Under the pieces are notes generated by a model, which searched no databases, was not told the DNA's origin, and worked only from the letters and a program-made list of their open reading frames with translations. Made by a program: the position numbers and the translations under genes. From positions 227,514-291,513 of the forward strand of contig JAJEFD010000002.1 of the NCBI GenBank assembly GCA_022820645.1: a stretch of 64,000 nt of DNA. Reading direction: 5' to 3'. Shown piece by piece: positions 50,418 through 60,083 of the stretch (positions within the stretch are counted from its first letter, which is position 1; the number at the start of each line of letters is the position of its first letter). This DNA is from Dehalococcoidia bacterium (GTDB lineage Bacteria > Chloroflexota > Dehalococcoidia > Lucifugimonadales > Australimonadaceae).

Positions 50418-51666
50418 CGCGTTCGTATCCCTGGGGCGCCAGCGCGCCCCCGTACTCCGCCCACAGCGCGTGGTACTCCGCCTCGATCTCTTTCGGCTGG
50501 TCCACGAGGAACGGGAAGACCGGCGGGTGCGTCGTCGGCGCGAACTGCCCGATCTCCGTGCGGATGCGCGGCAGTGGCATCTTGTGGTTCCGGCTCGCGT
50601 CCCGAAGCACCCCCTTCGGGTCGCCCCCGTCCTCGATCACCGCCAGGTCGTCCATGAACTGCTTCCGCAGCATGATGACTCCCCGGTCGCTCTCCCCCAG
50701 GTGCTCGTTCCACCGGTCCGACACGTTCCCCTGCCCAACCCACGCGATGAAGTCCTGGTTCATGATGTGGCTCGATATCCAGCGGCCCGTCTCCCTGTCC
50801 ACGATGGGCGAGTGCCAGTATGGGATGCGCTCCTGCTCGAACGGCTGCTCTCCCGGCATCGGGTCGATGAACCACCCCACGCTCAGCGTGTGCTCGTCGT
50901 CCACCGGCACGCGCCACTCGAAGTGGCCCGCCGCGTACAGTGCGTTCGGCCACAGGCACACCCGCCCCACCTTCCACAGCTCGTTCTCCTCGTCCGTGTC
51001 CGTCCTGATGCGCAGGTACCGGATGCCGAACTCGAACTCCTCGAATGCGATGCGCGTGTGCGTCGGCGCGTACTCCTTGCTCCCCCCGAGGCGCAGCGAC
51101 TGGTTCGAGTGCAGCCACTCGAAATGGACCGGGTCTATCGAGTTCTCCTGGCATTGCAGCCAGTTGCACGGGATCTCCGAGAACACCACCTGCTTGAAGC
51201 CCCGGTCGTGGTACCGGTCCCAGTCCCACAGCTCCGGCACAGGGCCTTCGCCGATGTACGCCCACAGCAGCCCCGCCTTGGCCTGCACCCGGTACGCCGT
51301 CGCGCGCACCTTCTCCTTGAAGTTCGCCTCGGGGTGCGCGATCTGCTCGAACGGCTGACCGATGCACCGTCCCTCCGTGTCGAATAGCCACCCGTGGTAG
51401 CTGCACCGCAGACCGCCGTCCTCCTCCACCCAGCCGTACGACAGGTCGGCCCGGCGATGCGGACAGTGACGCTCCAGCAGCCCGTACTCGCCCGACACGT
51501 CCTTGAACAGCACCAGGTCCTCGCCCATCAGGCGTATCGGCTTCACCGGGTTGTCGTCCAGCTCCCCCACGGCGGCCACCGGATGCCAGTAGCGGCGCAT
51601 CAGCCGCCCCATCGGCGTCCCCGGCCCCACCTTGGCGAGCAGATCGTTCTGGTCAGGCGTCAGCAT
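50404..51666 (-). CDS. Rieske oxygenase alpha subunit, copy 4 (near-identical tandem duplicate of copy 3)
   Basis: Same motifs; long identical stretches with copy 3. Confidence 0.93.
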   Translation of the reverse strand: MLTPDQNDLLAKVGPGTPMGRLMRRYWHPVAAVGELDDNPVKPIRLMGEDLVLFKDVSGEYGLLERHCPHRRADLSYGWVEEDGGLRCSYHGWLFDTEGRCIGQPFEQIAHPEANFKEKVRATAYRVQAKAGLLWAYIGEGPVPELWDWDRYHDRGFKQVVFSEIPCNWLQCQENSIDPVHFEWLHSNQSLRLGGSKEYAPTHTRIAFEEFEFGIRYLRIRTDTDEENELWKVGRVCLWPNALYAAGHFEWRVPVDDEHTLSVGWFIDPMPGEQPFEQERIPYWHSPIVDRETGRWISSHIMNQDFIAWVGQGNVSDRWNEHLGESDRGVIMLRKQFMDDLAVIEDGGDPKGVLRDASRNHKMPLPRIRTEIGQFAPTTHPPVFPFLVDQPKEIEAEYHALWAEYGGALAPQGYERDADA

Positions 51667-51715
51667 GGTGCGAGTAAAGGTAAGCCGCCCCCTGCGGAGT
51701 GTCAACGCAGCCGGC

Positions 51716-51820
51716 TCCCTCTCCTGAGGGAGAGGGTTGGGGTGAGGGCCCTTGGAGGGGGTGTGGGGTGAGCCTTGTCATGCTGAGCGGAGCGCAGTGG
51801 AGTCGAAGCATCTCTCGGGG
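51716..51820 (+). repeat. Mosaic repeat (B plus C)
   Basis: CCCTCTCCTGAGGGAGAGGGTTGGGGTGAGGG; TGTCATGCTGAGCGGAGCGCAGTGGAGTCGAAGCATCTCTCGGG. Confidence 0.85.
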
Positions 51821-51851
51821 ATGCCCCCCCTACCCAACCTCACCCAAAAAC

Positions 51852-53162
51852 TTACGCCCCGTTGTGTCCGTTCGTGCCCATCCGTGCCGCAAGCGCCTCC
51901 GCGTTGCGCTTCCACACCGACGACCAATCCTCCGACTTCGGGATGACCTCTTGCCACGCGCCGATGTGGTTGAAGACGTTGGCCGACGCCTCGCGGACCA
52001 CGTGCGGCGCCTCCGCCCCGTCCTGCACCTGCTGCGTTGCCCTCAGCAGCAGACGCCGCGACAGCGCGACCGCCTTGTCCGTGTAGCCCAGATGCTCCGT
52101 CGTCCGGTCCTGTATCGCACCCTCCCCCTCCGTCGCCCACATGTCGTGGACGGGGAAGCTCGGGCCCATGCCGAGGAAGCTGCGCGTCCGCATCTCCTCG
52201 CGGTCCTGCAGGTAGCGGTTGCGCAGGTTGCGCTCGTTCGTGTAGTCGTCCTTCAGCCCCTCGAACATCGTGAGCCCGAGCGCGTCCTTCGGCAGCGGCC
52301 CCTCCGAGCGCACCATGAACATGAACTTCCAGTGGTGCGTGTCGTCTATCGGCACGTGCCAGTTGACCCCGAACACGCCCGGGAACGCAGGGAACGACGC
52401 CAGGTTCGGGTAGATGAAGTTCGTGATGCGCACGTAATCGTCGCCCGCGTCCGTGTCCCGCACCGCGTAGATGCGGATGCCGTAGTCCGTCTCCTCGACC
52501 TCGATCGTCGGCGACGGGTCGTCGCCCATCATGCGGTTCGACGTCGCCGCCCCGCCCTGCACGTTGCCGGTCGCGACCCTGCTGCCGCTGGCGTCCTCGC
52601 GGATGAAGAAGTGCAGGAACGAGAGGTGTTGCGGGTCGATGTTCCCCTCGTTCCCCTGCTGGTAGTTGCACTCGTGATAGATCTTCGTGACGACGCGGTG
52701 CTCCGGCGCGATGTCCAGGAACTCGTACGCCGGTAGCAGCGGCGGCTCGCCCGGCCCCAGGTACGCGAACACGACGCCCGCGCGCTCCATCACCGGGTAC
52801 GAGCGCAGCTGGATCTTGTCCTTGAACGTGCTGCCCTCAGGCTCCCCCGGCTGCTCGAGGCAGTTGCCGTGGACGTCGTACAGCCAGCCGTGGTACAGGC
52901 AGCGCAGCCCGCCGTCCTCGATGCGCGCGTAGCTCAGGTCCGCCGCGCGGTGGGCGCAGTGCCGGTCCACGAGCCCGAGGCGGTCGTACTGGTCGCGGAA
53001 GAGCGTCAGGTCCTCGCTCAGGACGCGCACCGGGATCGGAGCGCTGCCCGGCTCGATCTCCTCCGCCAGCGCGACCGGCTGCCAGTAGCGCCGGAGCAGC
53101 TCCCCTGCGGGATCGCTGGGCCCCGTTCGGCAGAGCAGTTCGTTCTCTTCCCTCGTCAGCAT
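51852..53162 (-). CDS. Rieske oxygenase alpha subunit, copy 5
   Basis: CAHR..CLYHGW, EGNIDPQHLSFLH, HD..ATEGEG.IQDRT.EHLG. Confidence 0.93.
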   Translation of the reverse strand: MLTREENELLCRTGPSDPAGELLRRYWQPVALAEEIEPGSAPIPVRVLSEDLTLFRDQYDRLGLVDRHCAHRAADLSYARIEDGGLRCLYHGWLYDVHGNCLEQPGEPEGSTFKDKIQLRSYPVMERAGVVFAYLGPGEPPLLPAYEFLDIAPEHRVVTKIYHECNYQQGNEGNIDPQHLSFLHFFIREDASGSRVATGNVQGGAATSNRMMGDDPSPTIEVEETDYGIRIYAVRDTDAGDDYVRITNFIYPNLASFPAFPGVFGVNWHVPIDDTHHWKFMFMVRSEGPLPKDALGLTMFEGLKDDYTNERNLRNRYLQDREEMRTRSFLGMGPSFPVHDMWATEGEGAIQDRTTEHLGYTDKAVALSRRLLLRATQQVQDGAEAPHVVREASANVFNHIGAWQEVIPKSEDWSSVWKRNAEALAARMGTNGHNGA

Positions 53163-53184
53163 GGCGTACCTCCCTTGCTTGTCA

Positions 53185-53542
53185 CCCTCTCCCGCTGGGA
53201 GAGGGTAACGCGCTTCAGCGCGGGGTGAGGGTGTTCCCTATCCTCTTGCGGACAATGGGAGTCTAGGAGCGTGGCGTCCGCCGGTCAACGCCGCCCCATT
53301 CCGTCATTCCAGCACCGGCTGGAATCCAGTGTGCGCGACAACGGAGCGCACGTGGGGCGGAGCGGGGTATGGGGACCTTGTCATTTCGAGCGAAGCGAAG
53401 CGCAGTCGAGAAATCTCTCGGGCTGTCCGTCGTTCCCGCGCTTAGCGCGCAACCTCGCCTGATGTAGGGGCGTCCCTTGTGGGCGCCCGTTTCCCACCTC
53501 TCCCTCGGGGAGAGGTCGCCGCCTCTGGCGGCGGGTGAGGGT
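53185..53542 (+). repeat. Mosaic repeat array (B, A, C, partial A, D, B)
   Basis: CCCTCTCCCGCTGGGAGAGGG..GGGGTGAGGG; CCGTCATTCCAGCACCGGCTGGAATCCAG; TGTCATTTCGAGCGAAGC..GAGAAATCTCTCGGG; TGTAGGGGCGTCCCTTGTGGGCGCCC; CACCTCTCCCTCGGGGAGAGG..GGGTGAGGG. Confidence 0.9.
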
Positions 53543-53549
53543 TGCCGCC

Positions 53550-54521
53550 CTAGTACAGGTGGCACGCCACGAAGTGCCCCGGCGTCTCCTCTTTCCACTC
53601 CGGCGCGACCTCCGCGCAGACGTCCTTCGCGAACGGGCACCTCGGGTGGAACCGGCAGCCGGACGGCGGATTGAGCGGGCTCGGCACCTCGCCTTGCAGG
53701 ATCATCTCGTCGCGCTGCAGCGCCGGGTGCGCCGGGAGCGCCGCCGAGAACAGCGCCTGCGTGTACGGGTGCAGCGGATGCTCGTACAGGTCATCTGTCT
53801 CCGCCCGCTCGACGATCTCCCCGAGGTACATGACCGCCACCTCGTGCGCGAGGTAGCGGACCGTCGCGAGGTTGTGCGACACCATCAGGTAGCTCACGTT
53901 GTGCTGCACCTGCAGGTCGCGCAGCAGGTTCATGATCTGCGCCTGCACCGACACGTCGAGCGCCGACACCGGCTCGTCGAGCACGATCAACGACGGTTCG
54001 ACGCTGAGGGCGCTCGCCATCGCGATGCGCTGCCGCTGCCCCCCGCTGAACTCGTGCGGGAAGAGGTCGGCCTGCTCGGGACGGAGTCCCACGTTGTTCA
54101 GCAACTCCAGCACGCGCTCGCGCGCCTCGCGCGCGCTCACGTGCTTATTCACCACGAGCGGCTCCGCGATGATGTCCCGCACCCGCATCCGGGGGCTGAG
54201 CGAGCTCCACGGGTCCTGGAAGACCGCCTGCACCTGCATGCGGAACTGCCGCAGCTCCTGCCCGCCGAGCGCGTGGATGTCCTGCCCGTCCATCGAGATC
54301 GTGCCGCCCGTCGGCCGTTCGAGGCGTAGCACGAGCTTCGCCGTCGTCGTCTTGCCGCAGCCCGACTCGCCCACGAGCCCGAGCGTCTGGCCGCGCCGCA
54401 CCTCGAAACTGATGCCGTCCACGGCGCGCACCCAGCCCACCGTCTTCATCAGCACCAGCCCCTCGGTCACGGGGAAGTGCTTCTGCAGGTTCTCGGCCTT
54501 TACGAGGACGTCGGCTTCCAC
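53550..54521 (-). CDS. Peptide/nickel ABC transporter ATPase (DppF/OppF-like)
   Basis: GESGCGKT, FSGGQRQR, LDEP, HPYTQAL, GCRFHPRCP, ACH. Confidence 0.95.
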   Translation of the reverse strand: MEADVLVKAENLQKHFPVTEGLVLMKTVGWVRAVDGISFEVRRGQTLGLVGESGCGKTTTAKLVLRLERPTGGTISMDGQDIHALGGQELRQFRMQVQAVFQDPWSSLSPRMRVRDIIAEPLVVNKHVSAREARERVLELLNNVGLRPEQADLFPHEFSGGQRQRIAMASALSVEPSLIVLDEPVSALDVSVQAQIMNLLRDLQVQHNVSYLMVSHNLATVRYLAHEVAVMYLGEIVERAETDDLYEHPLHPYTQALFSAALPAHPALQRDEMILQGEVPSPLNPPSGCRFHPRCPFAKDVCAEVAPEWKEETPGHFVACHLY

Positions 54522-55567
54522 TGCTCCTCCATCAGCCAGCAGGCGGCGGTGTGTCCCCCAGGGCCGGTGAACTCCACCGGGTACGTCTCCTCACACCGAT
54601 CGTGGACGTGGGGACAGCGCACCGCGAACCGGCAGCCCTGCGGCAGCGCGAAGAGCGCGGGCGGCTGCCCCTCTATCGCGGTGAGCCGCTCGACCCGTTC
54701 CTCCATCTTCGGGATGGAGCCGAGCAACGCCTGCGTGTACGGGTGCGACGGGTTGTCGAATATCTCGTGGATGCCCCCCTGCTCCACGATGCGCCCCGCG
54801 TACATCACCGCGACCCTGTCGCACATCCGCGCGACGACGCCCAGGTCGTGCGTGATGAACAGGATGGCCACGCCCGTCTCGCGCTGTATCTCCTTGAGCA
54901 GGTTGAGGTACTGCGCCTGTATCGTCACGTCCAGCGCCGTCGTCGGCTCGTCCGCGATCAGCAGCCGGGGCTGGCTCTCGATGGCGATGCCGCCGACCAC
55001 GCGCTGCTTCATGCCGCCGCTCATCTGGTGCGGGAAGTCGGAGAGACGCCGCTCCGGCGCCGCAACCCGCATCATCCGCAGCACCTCCACCGCCCGCTCC
55101 CTGACCGACTGCTGCCCCTTACCCGTCGTTCCTGCGCCCACTCCTGTCGTTCCTGCGCCCTTCTCCGTCATTCCTGCGGAGGCAGGAACCTCGCCCCTGC
55201 CCCTGTTCGCCGCGATCGACTCCGTCAACTGGTTGCCGATGGTGAACACCGGGTTCAGCGCCGTCTGCGGGTCCTGCAGGATCATCGATATCTTGCGCCC
55301 TCGCATCTGGCGCACGTCCGCCATCCGCATCCGCACGATGTCGTCGCCGTCGAGCAGGATGCGCCCCCCGACGATGCGCGCGGCCTCCGGCAGCAGGCGC
55401 AGCAGCGAGAGCGCGGTCATGCTCTTGCCGGAGCCGGACTCCCCCACGAGCCCCAGCGTCTCGCCCTCGCGTATCTGGAAACTCACGCCGTCGACAGCGC
55501 GCGTCACCCCCCACTTGGTGAAAAGGTGCGTCTGGAGTTCCTGCACGTCCAGGACGACGTTGCTCAC
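54500..55567 (-). CDS. Peptide/nickel ABC transporter ATPase (DppD/OppD-like) with an in-frame repeat insertion
   Basis: GESGSGKS, MSGGMKQR, ADEPTTALD, GCRF..RC; GTG start overlaps the Rieske stop. Confidence 0.93.
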   Translation of the reverse strand: MSNVVLDVQELQTHLFTKWGVTRAVDGVSFQIREGETLGLVGESGSGKSMTALSLLRLLPEAARIVGGRILLDGDDIVRMRMADVRQMRGRKISMILQDPQTALNPVFTIGNQLTESIAANRGRGEVPASAGMTEKGAGTTGVGAGTTGKGQQSVRERAVEVLRMMRVAAPERRLSDFPHQMSGGMKQRVVGGIAIESQPRLLIADEPTTALDVTIQAQYLNLLKEIQRETGVAILFITHDLGVVARMCDRVAVMYAGRIVEQGGIHEIFDNPSHPYTQALLGSIPKMEERVERLTAIEGQPPALFALPQGCRFAVRCPHVHDRCEETYPVEFTGPGGHTAACWLMEEQWKPTSS

Positions 55568-56838
55568 GACACCCCGACCGCGAACCGCTCTTCCAGCGGA
55601 CGCTCGACCCGCCATGGACTGTCCACCGGCTGCACGTACGCGTCCGACTTGATCAACTCGTAGTCGCCCTGCTCCCACACGCCCGGCGGCTCGACGCCCT
55701 CTTCCGCGAGCGCGATGGCGGCCTTGATGTACAGCTTGCGCGCCCTGATGATCGCCGCGTCCGTCGTGCCGAGGTGCTCGATGGTGCGGTCGACGATGGG
55801 CCCCATGCTCTCCTGCACCGCGTTGTCCTGCACGAACAGCCCCCGGATGCCGGACCAGCTCTCCTTCTTCATCAGTTCGCGGTCCTGCAGCCACATGTTC
55901 TGCGGCCCCGCGTACTTCACGAACGTCTTCGGGTCGAACGCGTAGTAGCCCCGGTACTCCTTCAACTGCTCCTTCAGCTCGTCGGACATCGGCTTCGTCT
56001 CGTTGAAGCACACGTCCCACGCCCAGCAGGTGCCGTCGTCGCGAGGCACCCACATGTTCCAGATGCGGTTGTCCTCCCGGGAGAACGGCGGGTACGACGA
56101 CGCCGGCATGATGTGGGGCGTTATCCGCACGTAGCGCTTGGCCTCATCCGGCCCCTTGCGTATCGAGGCGTACCGGAAGCCGTAGGTGGTCTCCTCTATC
56201 TCCAGTTTCGGCCTCGTGTCGTTGAACATCAGGTTGTTCCCGCTCTGCGCGCCGGGAGCGACCATCGGCCCTTCCGCGCTGTTGTGCAGGAACGACGCGT
56301 GCACGGTGTCGATGCCGCCCTCCAGGCTCTGCAGCCAGTTCGCGTCCTGTATCCACTTCGCCATGATGCGGTTCGAGTCCGGCACCGTCGTCCAGTAGTA
56401 GACCGGGAACGGCGGCTCGCTCTCCGGAGCGCCCATGTACACCCACACCGCGCCTCCGTGCTCCCGCACCGCGTACGCCCCTGCCCGCACCTTGTTGCGG
56501 AAGCCGCTCTCCACGGGTTCGGTCGGCATGTCGACGCACTGGCCGCTGACGTCGAACTTCCAGCCGTGGTAGAGGCAGCGCAGGCCGTCGTACTCGTTGC
56601 GGGCGAGCGCGAGCGATACCCCGCGGTGCGGGCAGTACTCCGAGAGGATGCCCACCTCGCCGCTCGTGTCTCGGAAGGCGACGAGGTCCTCGTTCAGCAG
56701 GCGGAAGCGCACCGGAGCGCCGTCGGCCTCCAACTCGTCGGAGATCAGCGCGGGCAGCCAGTAGCGGCGGAAGAGCGCGCCCATCAGCGTGCCCCTGCCC
56801 GTGCGGGTGATGAGCTCGTTGTCAGCGTGGCTCAACAT
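55564..56838 (-). CDS. Rieske oxygenase alpha subunit, copy 6 (phthalate 4,5-dioxygenase/PobA-like)
   Basis: CPHR..CLYHGW, EGGIDTVHASFLH, QD.AVQESMGPI.DRT.EHLG..D. Confidence 0.93.
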   Translation of the reverse strand: MLSHADNELITRTGRGTLMGALFRRYWLPALISDELEADGAPVRFRLLNEDLVAFRDTSGEVGILSEYCPHRGVSLALARNEYDGLRCLYHGWKFDVSGQCVDMPTEPVESGFRNKVRAGAYAVREHGGAVWVYMGAPESEPPFPVYYWTTVPDSNRIMAKWIQDANWLQSLEGGIDTVHASFLHNSAEGPMVAPGAQSGNNLMFNDTRPKLEIEETTYGFRYASIRKGPDEAKRYVRITPHIMPASSYPPFSREDNRIWNMWVPRDDGTCWAWDVCFNETKPMSDELKEQLKEYRGYYAFDPKTFVKYAGPQNMWLQDRELMKKESWSGIRGLFVQDNAVQESMGPIVDRTIEHLGTTDAAIIRARKLYIKAAIALAEEGVEPPGVWEQGDYELIKSDAYVQPVDSPWRVERPLEERFAVGVS

Positions 56839-56990
56839 GCGGCCCCTCCTTACCATTCATGGCGCTCGCGCCTTTGGCGTGCCTGCGTCTCCGTGCGTAT
56901 AATGCGCCCCTGCTCGGGTCGTTCGCCTAATCTTAACGTCGGCGAACGGTTCTGCAAGAGCATACGCTCATACGCGGCAAGGGGGGAGTC

Positions 56991-58871
56991 GTGCGTAACA
57001 TCAGGAAGCAGGCCCGTTTGGTTACGGTTGTGGGGGTCATGGCTCTCTTCGCCTTGTTCGGCGCGGCGTGCGACGGCGAAGACCCCACCGCAACGCCCAC
57101 GCCGACAAGCCCGCCGGCCCCGTCCGGAACGACGCCGGACGCTCCCGCGCCCGACCCGACGGCTACCCCTGTGCCTGAACCCATGGGCCCCGCCGTCGAC
57201 CGCGTTATCATGGCCGTTGCGTCCCCGACCGACTTCAGCAACATCCGGCGCATCCCCGGTCAGGCCAGCAACTGGTACATCCGCCCGCACTACGAGTACC
57301 TCGTCGGCTTCGACAAGACGAACGGCGCTTATGTGCCCCAGCTCGCGGTCGAATATGGCCTCGAGCCGGACGGCCACTCCTGGCGGTTCAAGCTGCGCGA
57401 GGGCGTCCAGTTCCACAACGGCCACGGCGAGTTCACCGCCGAGGACGTCCGCTTCTCCTGGCTCATGAACATCCTGCCGGACGACGTCGGCAGCGAGGCT
57501 CGGACGATGCGCGACATCGTCAAGGACGTCGAGATCGTCGGCCCTTACGAGGTCGTCTTCCGGACCGAGGCCCCGAACGCCGATGTCTTCGAAGTCATCT
57601 CGGAGATCCAGGGCGGCATGGAGATCGCCAGCAAGGCGGACTTCCTCTCGCGCGGTCCCGGACTGCTCGCAAGCAAGCAGTCCTCCGAGTGGGGCGCCTA
57701 CGAGGACGACCCGCGCCTCGCTGAACTCGTTGACGGACGCGACCCGCTCGGGAACGAGGTACCGCTCGCAGGCACCGGCCCCTACACTATCGTCTCCATG
57801 GACGAGCAGACCGGCGTCGTCTACGAGCGCGTGGAAGACCACTGGCGCGACACGCCGGACTTCCCCGAGTTCGAGTTCCAGTTCATCAACGAGGCATCCA
57901 CCCGGCACGCGAAACTGGTAGCGGGCGAGGTCCACCTTGCCAAGCTGCCGGAAGAGCTGCTCGTGGACGCGGAGTCGCGCGGTTTCGTCACCTTCACCGC
58001 TCAGGTCCCCGCGGCGCGCTACTTCCTCGCCTGGCAGGGCGTCTACGTCCCCGCGGGGCCCAACCTCGCCAACGACCGCCACGGCGAGTGGAGCGGCGAA
58101 CTCGCTCAGAAGGAGTTCCCCGCCTACCCCAACACGCCGCTCGCCAACCTGAACGTCCGCAAGGCGCTCAACAAGGCCATCGACCGCGATGAACTCAACG
58201 ATGCCTTCTTCGCGGGCAAGGGTCTCACCATGTACAAGAACCACTATCTGCCGGACAACGCGCAGCGCGTGGGCTGGAACCCCGAGTGGGTGACCCGCTT
58301 CCCGGACGAGTACGGCTACGACCCTGAGGCCGCAAGGGCGCTCCTGGAGCAGGGTCTGCAGGAACTCGGCATCGACCAGCTGCAGACGACGATCCAGCTC
58401 ACCGTCCAGCCCGCCGTCCCCGCCGGCGTGGACGTCATGCAGGCCATCGCCAACTACTGGCGCGACATCGGTGTCGACGTCATCGAACAGAGCGTCGACG
58501 CTGCGGAGTACCGCACCAAGCAGCGTGAGATGCGCTGGGACAACCACGTCGTGCCCATCGCAACGAGCGGCGCACAGTTGGTGACCGTGCACGTCTATGG
58601 CAGCTCCCTCATCCCGGTCCTCTACATCGGGCTGCAGGACCCGGCCGCCGAGGCCATCATGCGCGAAGCCCTCGACACCAACACGCCGCAGGACCGCGAT
58701 GACCTCCTCCGGGAGCTCGGCGACATGTACTACAACCTCCACCAGGACATCCCGCTCTTCTACCTGCCGAACGAGGTCGTCGCCGACCCCGACGTAGTCG
58801 CCGACTTCATCTACTCCGGCATGGTCTCCGGCGCCCCGATCGACCACCTCGAAGGCGCCGTCGCTAAGTAA
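56991..58871 (+). CDS. Peptide/nickel ABC transporter substrate-binding lipoprotein (SBP family 5)
   Basis: Lipobox FGAAC, Pro/Thr linker, FKLREGVQFHNG.GEFTAEDV.FS, GTGPY, VRKALNKAIDR, YDPEAA. Confidence 0.93.
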   Translation: MRNIRKQARLVTVVGVMALFALFGAACDGEDPTATPTPTSPPAPSGTTPDAPAPDPTATPVPEPMGPAVDRVIMAVASPTDFSNIRRIPGQASNWYIRPHYEYLVGFDKTNGAYVPQLAVEYGLEPDGHSWRFKLREGVQFHNGHGEFTAEDVRFSWLMNILPDDVGSEARTMRDIVKDVEIVGPYEVVFRTEAPNADVFEVISEIQGGMEIASKADFLSRGPGLLASKQSSEWGAYEDDPRLAELVDGRDPLGNEVPLAGTGPYTIVSMDEQTGVVYERVEDHWRDTPDFPEFEFQFINEASTRHAKLVAGEVHLAKLPEELLVDAESRGFVTFTAQVPAARYFLAWQGVYVPAGPNLANDRHGEWSGELAQKEFPAYPNTPLANLNVRKALNKAIDRDELNDAFFAGKGLTMYKNHYLPDNAQRVGWNPEWVTRFPDEYGYDPEAARALLEQGLQELGIDQLQTTIQLTVQPAVPAGVDVMQAIANYWRDIGVDVIEQSVDAAEYRTKQREMRWDNHVVPIATSGAQLVTVHVYGSSLIPVLYIGLQDPAAEAIMREALDTNTPQDRDDLLRELGDMYYNLHQDIPLFYLPNEVVADPDVVADFIYSGMVSGAPIDHLEGAVAK

Positions 58872-58880
58872 CGACCGCTC

Positions 58881-58914
58881 ACGGGGCGGGCTCCGCTTTT
58901 GGAGCCCGCCCCGT
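58881..58914 (+). terminator. Stem-loop after the SBP gene
   Basis: ACGGGGCGGGCTCC-GCTTTT-GGAGCCCGCCCCGT. Confidence 0.55.
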
Positions 58915-59107
58915 CGTTCCTGCCATCTTCGTCATTCCCGCGAAGGCGGGAATCCAGCGTGCGCGACAGCGGAGCGCACATGGGGAGGAGTGGAGGGAAA
59001 AACTGTCACGCTGAGCATCCCTCGTCGTTCCTGCGAAGGCAGGAACTCGCAGCCCACCTCTCCCTCGAGGGCGAGGTCGTCGCGCAGCAGCGCGGCGGGT
59101 GAGGGTG
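58911..59107 (+). repeat. Mosaic repeat array (partial A, A, partial C, A, B)
   Basis: CGTCATTCCCGCGAAGGCGGGAATCCAG; CGTCGTTCCTGCGAAGGCAGGAACTCGC; CACCTCTCCCTCGAGGGCGAGG..GGGTGAGGG. Confidence 0.85.
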
Positions 59108-59125
59108 AGAGACAGGAGGCGCACC

Positions 59126-60073
59126 ATGACCGAAAGGGACGCAGCAGGCGAAGCAGCCTACGAGAAGACCATCAAGGACCCCACGCCCCTTGATCCCGAT
59201 GTCGCCGCAGCACGGCTCAAGGAAGTGAAGCGCATCTTCGACGAGGAGGGCGTTCACTTCTGGATCGGCTCCGGCACGCTCCTCGGCGCCGTGCGCGAGG
59301 GACGCTTCATCCCCTGGGACGACGAGATGGACACCGCGGGCGTCATCGGGATGCACGGCCTCGACATGGACACGATCTACCGCGTCGGCGAGGCATTCCG
59401 GTCGCACGGCTTCTACCCGCGCATAAGGCCCAACGTCCGCCACGTCAGCGTCGCCCTCATCAAGGACGGCATCCGCACGGACTGGACGTGCCACAAGATC
59501 ATCAACGGCAGGGCGTACGAGTTTCCGGGCGTCGAGCTGCCGCTGCACCTGTTTGAGACCCTTGGAGAGATCGAGTTCATCGGCGAGCGCTTCCGCACCC
59601 CCAACCCGCCCGAGGAGTACCTGCGACGGAAGTACGGCCCCGATTGGCGGACGCCCAAGGGACCGGGGTTCGAGTCCGACGTCGTCGGAGAGGTCGCGGA
59701 GGACGCCCTGCTCGACCGCGGACCCCGGCTCCTGCGCAGGCTCTCCATGGGCCTGCTGCCGCGCCCCAACGTGAGCGTGCAGATATTCGACCGCGAAGGC
59801 GATTCCGTGGCAGGCGCGGAACTGGCCGTCGCCGGCTTGGGCCGCTCAAAGACCGACGCGCGGGGCATCGCCCAGCTCTACGTACCAGGCTTCGCCTGCT
59901 ACGCCATGACCGTCACCTGGCCCGGCCACCGGGAGCTCCTGTACGAGGAGTTCCTGACCCCCGGCAACGACTACACCTACCACCCCGGCCCCATCGTCAC
60001 GCCCGAGGAGCACTACAAGGCCGGCGTCCGCGCCATGGCCCTCGTGCAGAAGGAAACGGGGGCGATGCGCTAA
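59126..60073 (+). CDS. LicD-family nucleotidyltransferase-fold protein with an extra C-terminal beta-sandwich domain
   Basis: GTLLGAVREGRFIPWDDEMD, P.PPEEYL..KYG.DW.TP; RBS AGGAGG. Confidence 0.85.
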   Translation: MTERDAAGEAAYEKTIKDPTPLDPDVAAARLKEVKRIFDEEGVHFWIGSGTLLGAVREGRFIPWDDEMDTAGVIGMHGLDMDTIYRVGEAFRSHGFYPRIRPNVRHVSVALIKDGIRTDWTCHKIINGRAYEFPGVELPLHLFETLGEIEFIGERFRTPNPPEEYLRRKYGPDWRTPKGPGFESDVVGEVAEDALLDRGPRLLRRLSMGLLPRPNVSVQIFDREGDSVAGAELAVAGLGRSKTDARGIAQLYVPGFACYAMTVTWPGHRELLYEEFLTPGNDYTYHPGPIVTPEEHYKAGVRAMALVQKETGAMR

Positions 60074-60083
60074 CATAGCCCGC

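Noticed and set aside
50421-50442. GTTCGTATCC-CTGGGGCGCCAG resembles the tRNA-Arg 3' end (GTTCGAATCCTGTCTGGGGCGCCAG), suggesting an attR of a 50-kb island
   Set aside because: Needs a 3-nt gap and lies inside a coding region; there is no integrase, and the interval contains housekeeping genes (pst, uvrC, lgt, PPP). Probably chance.
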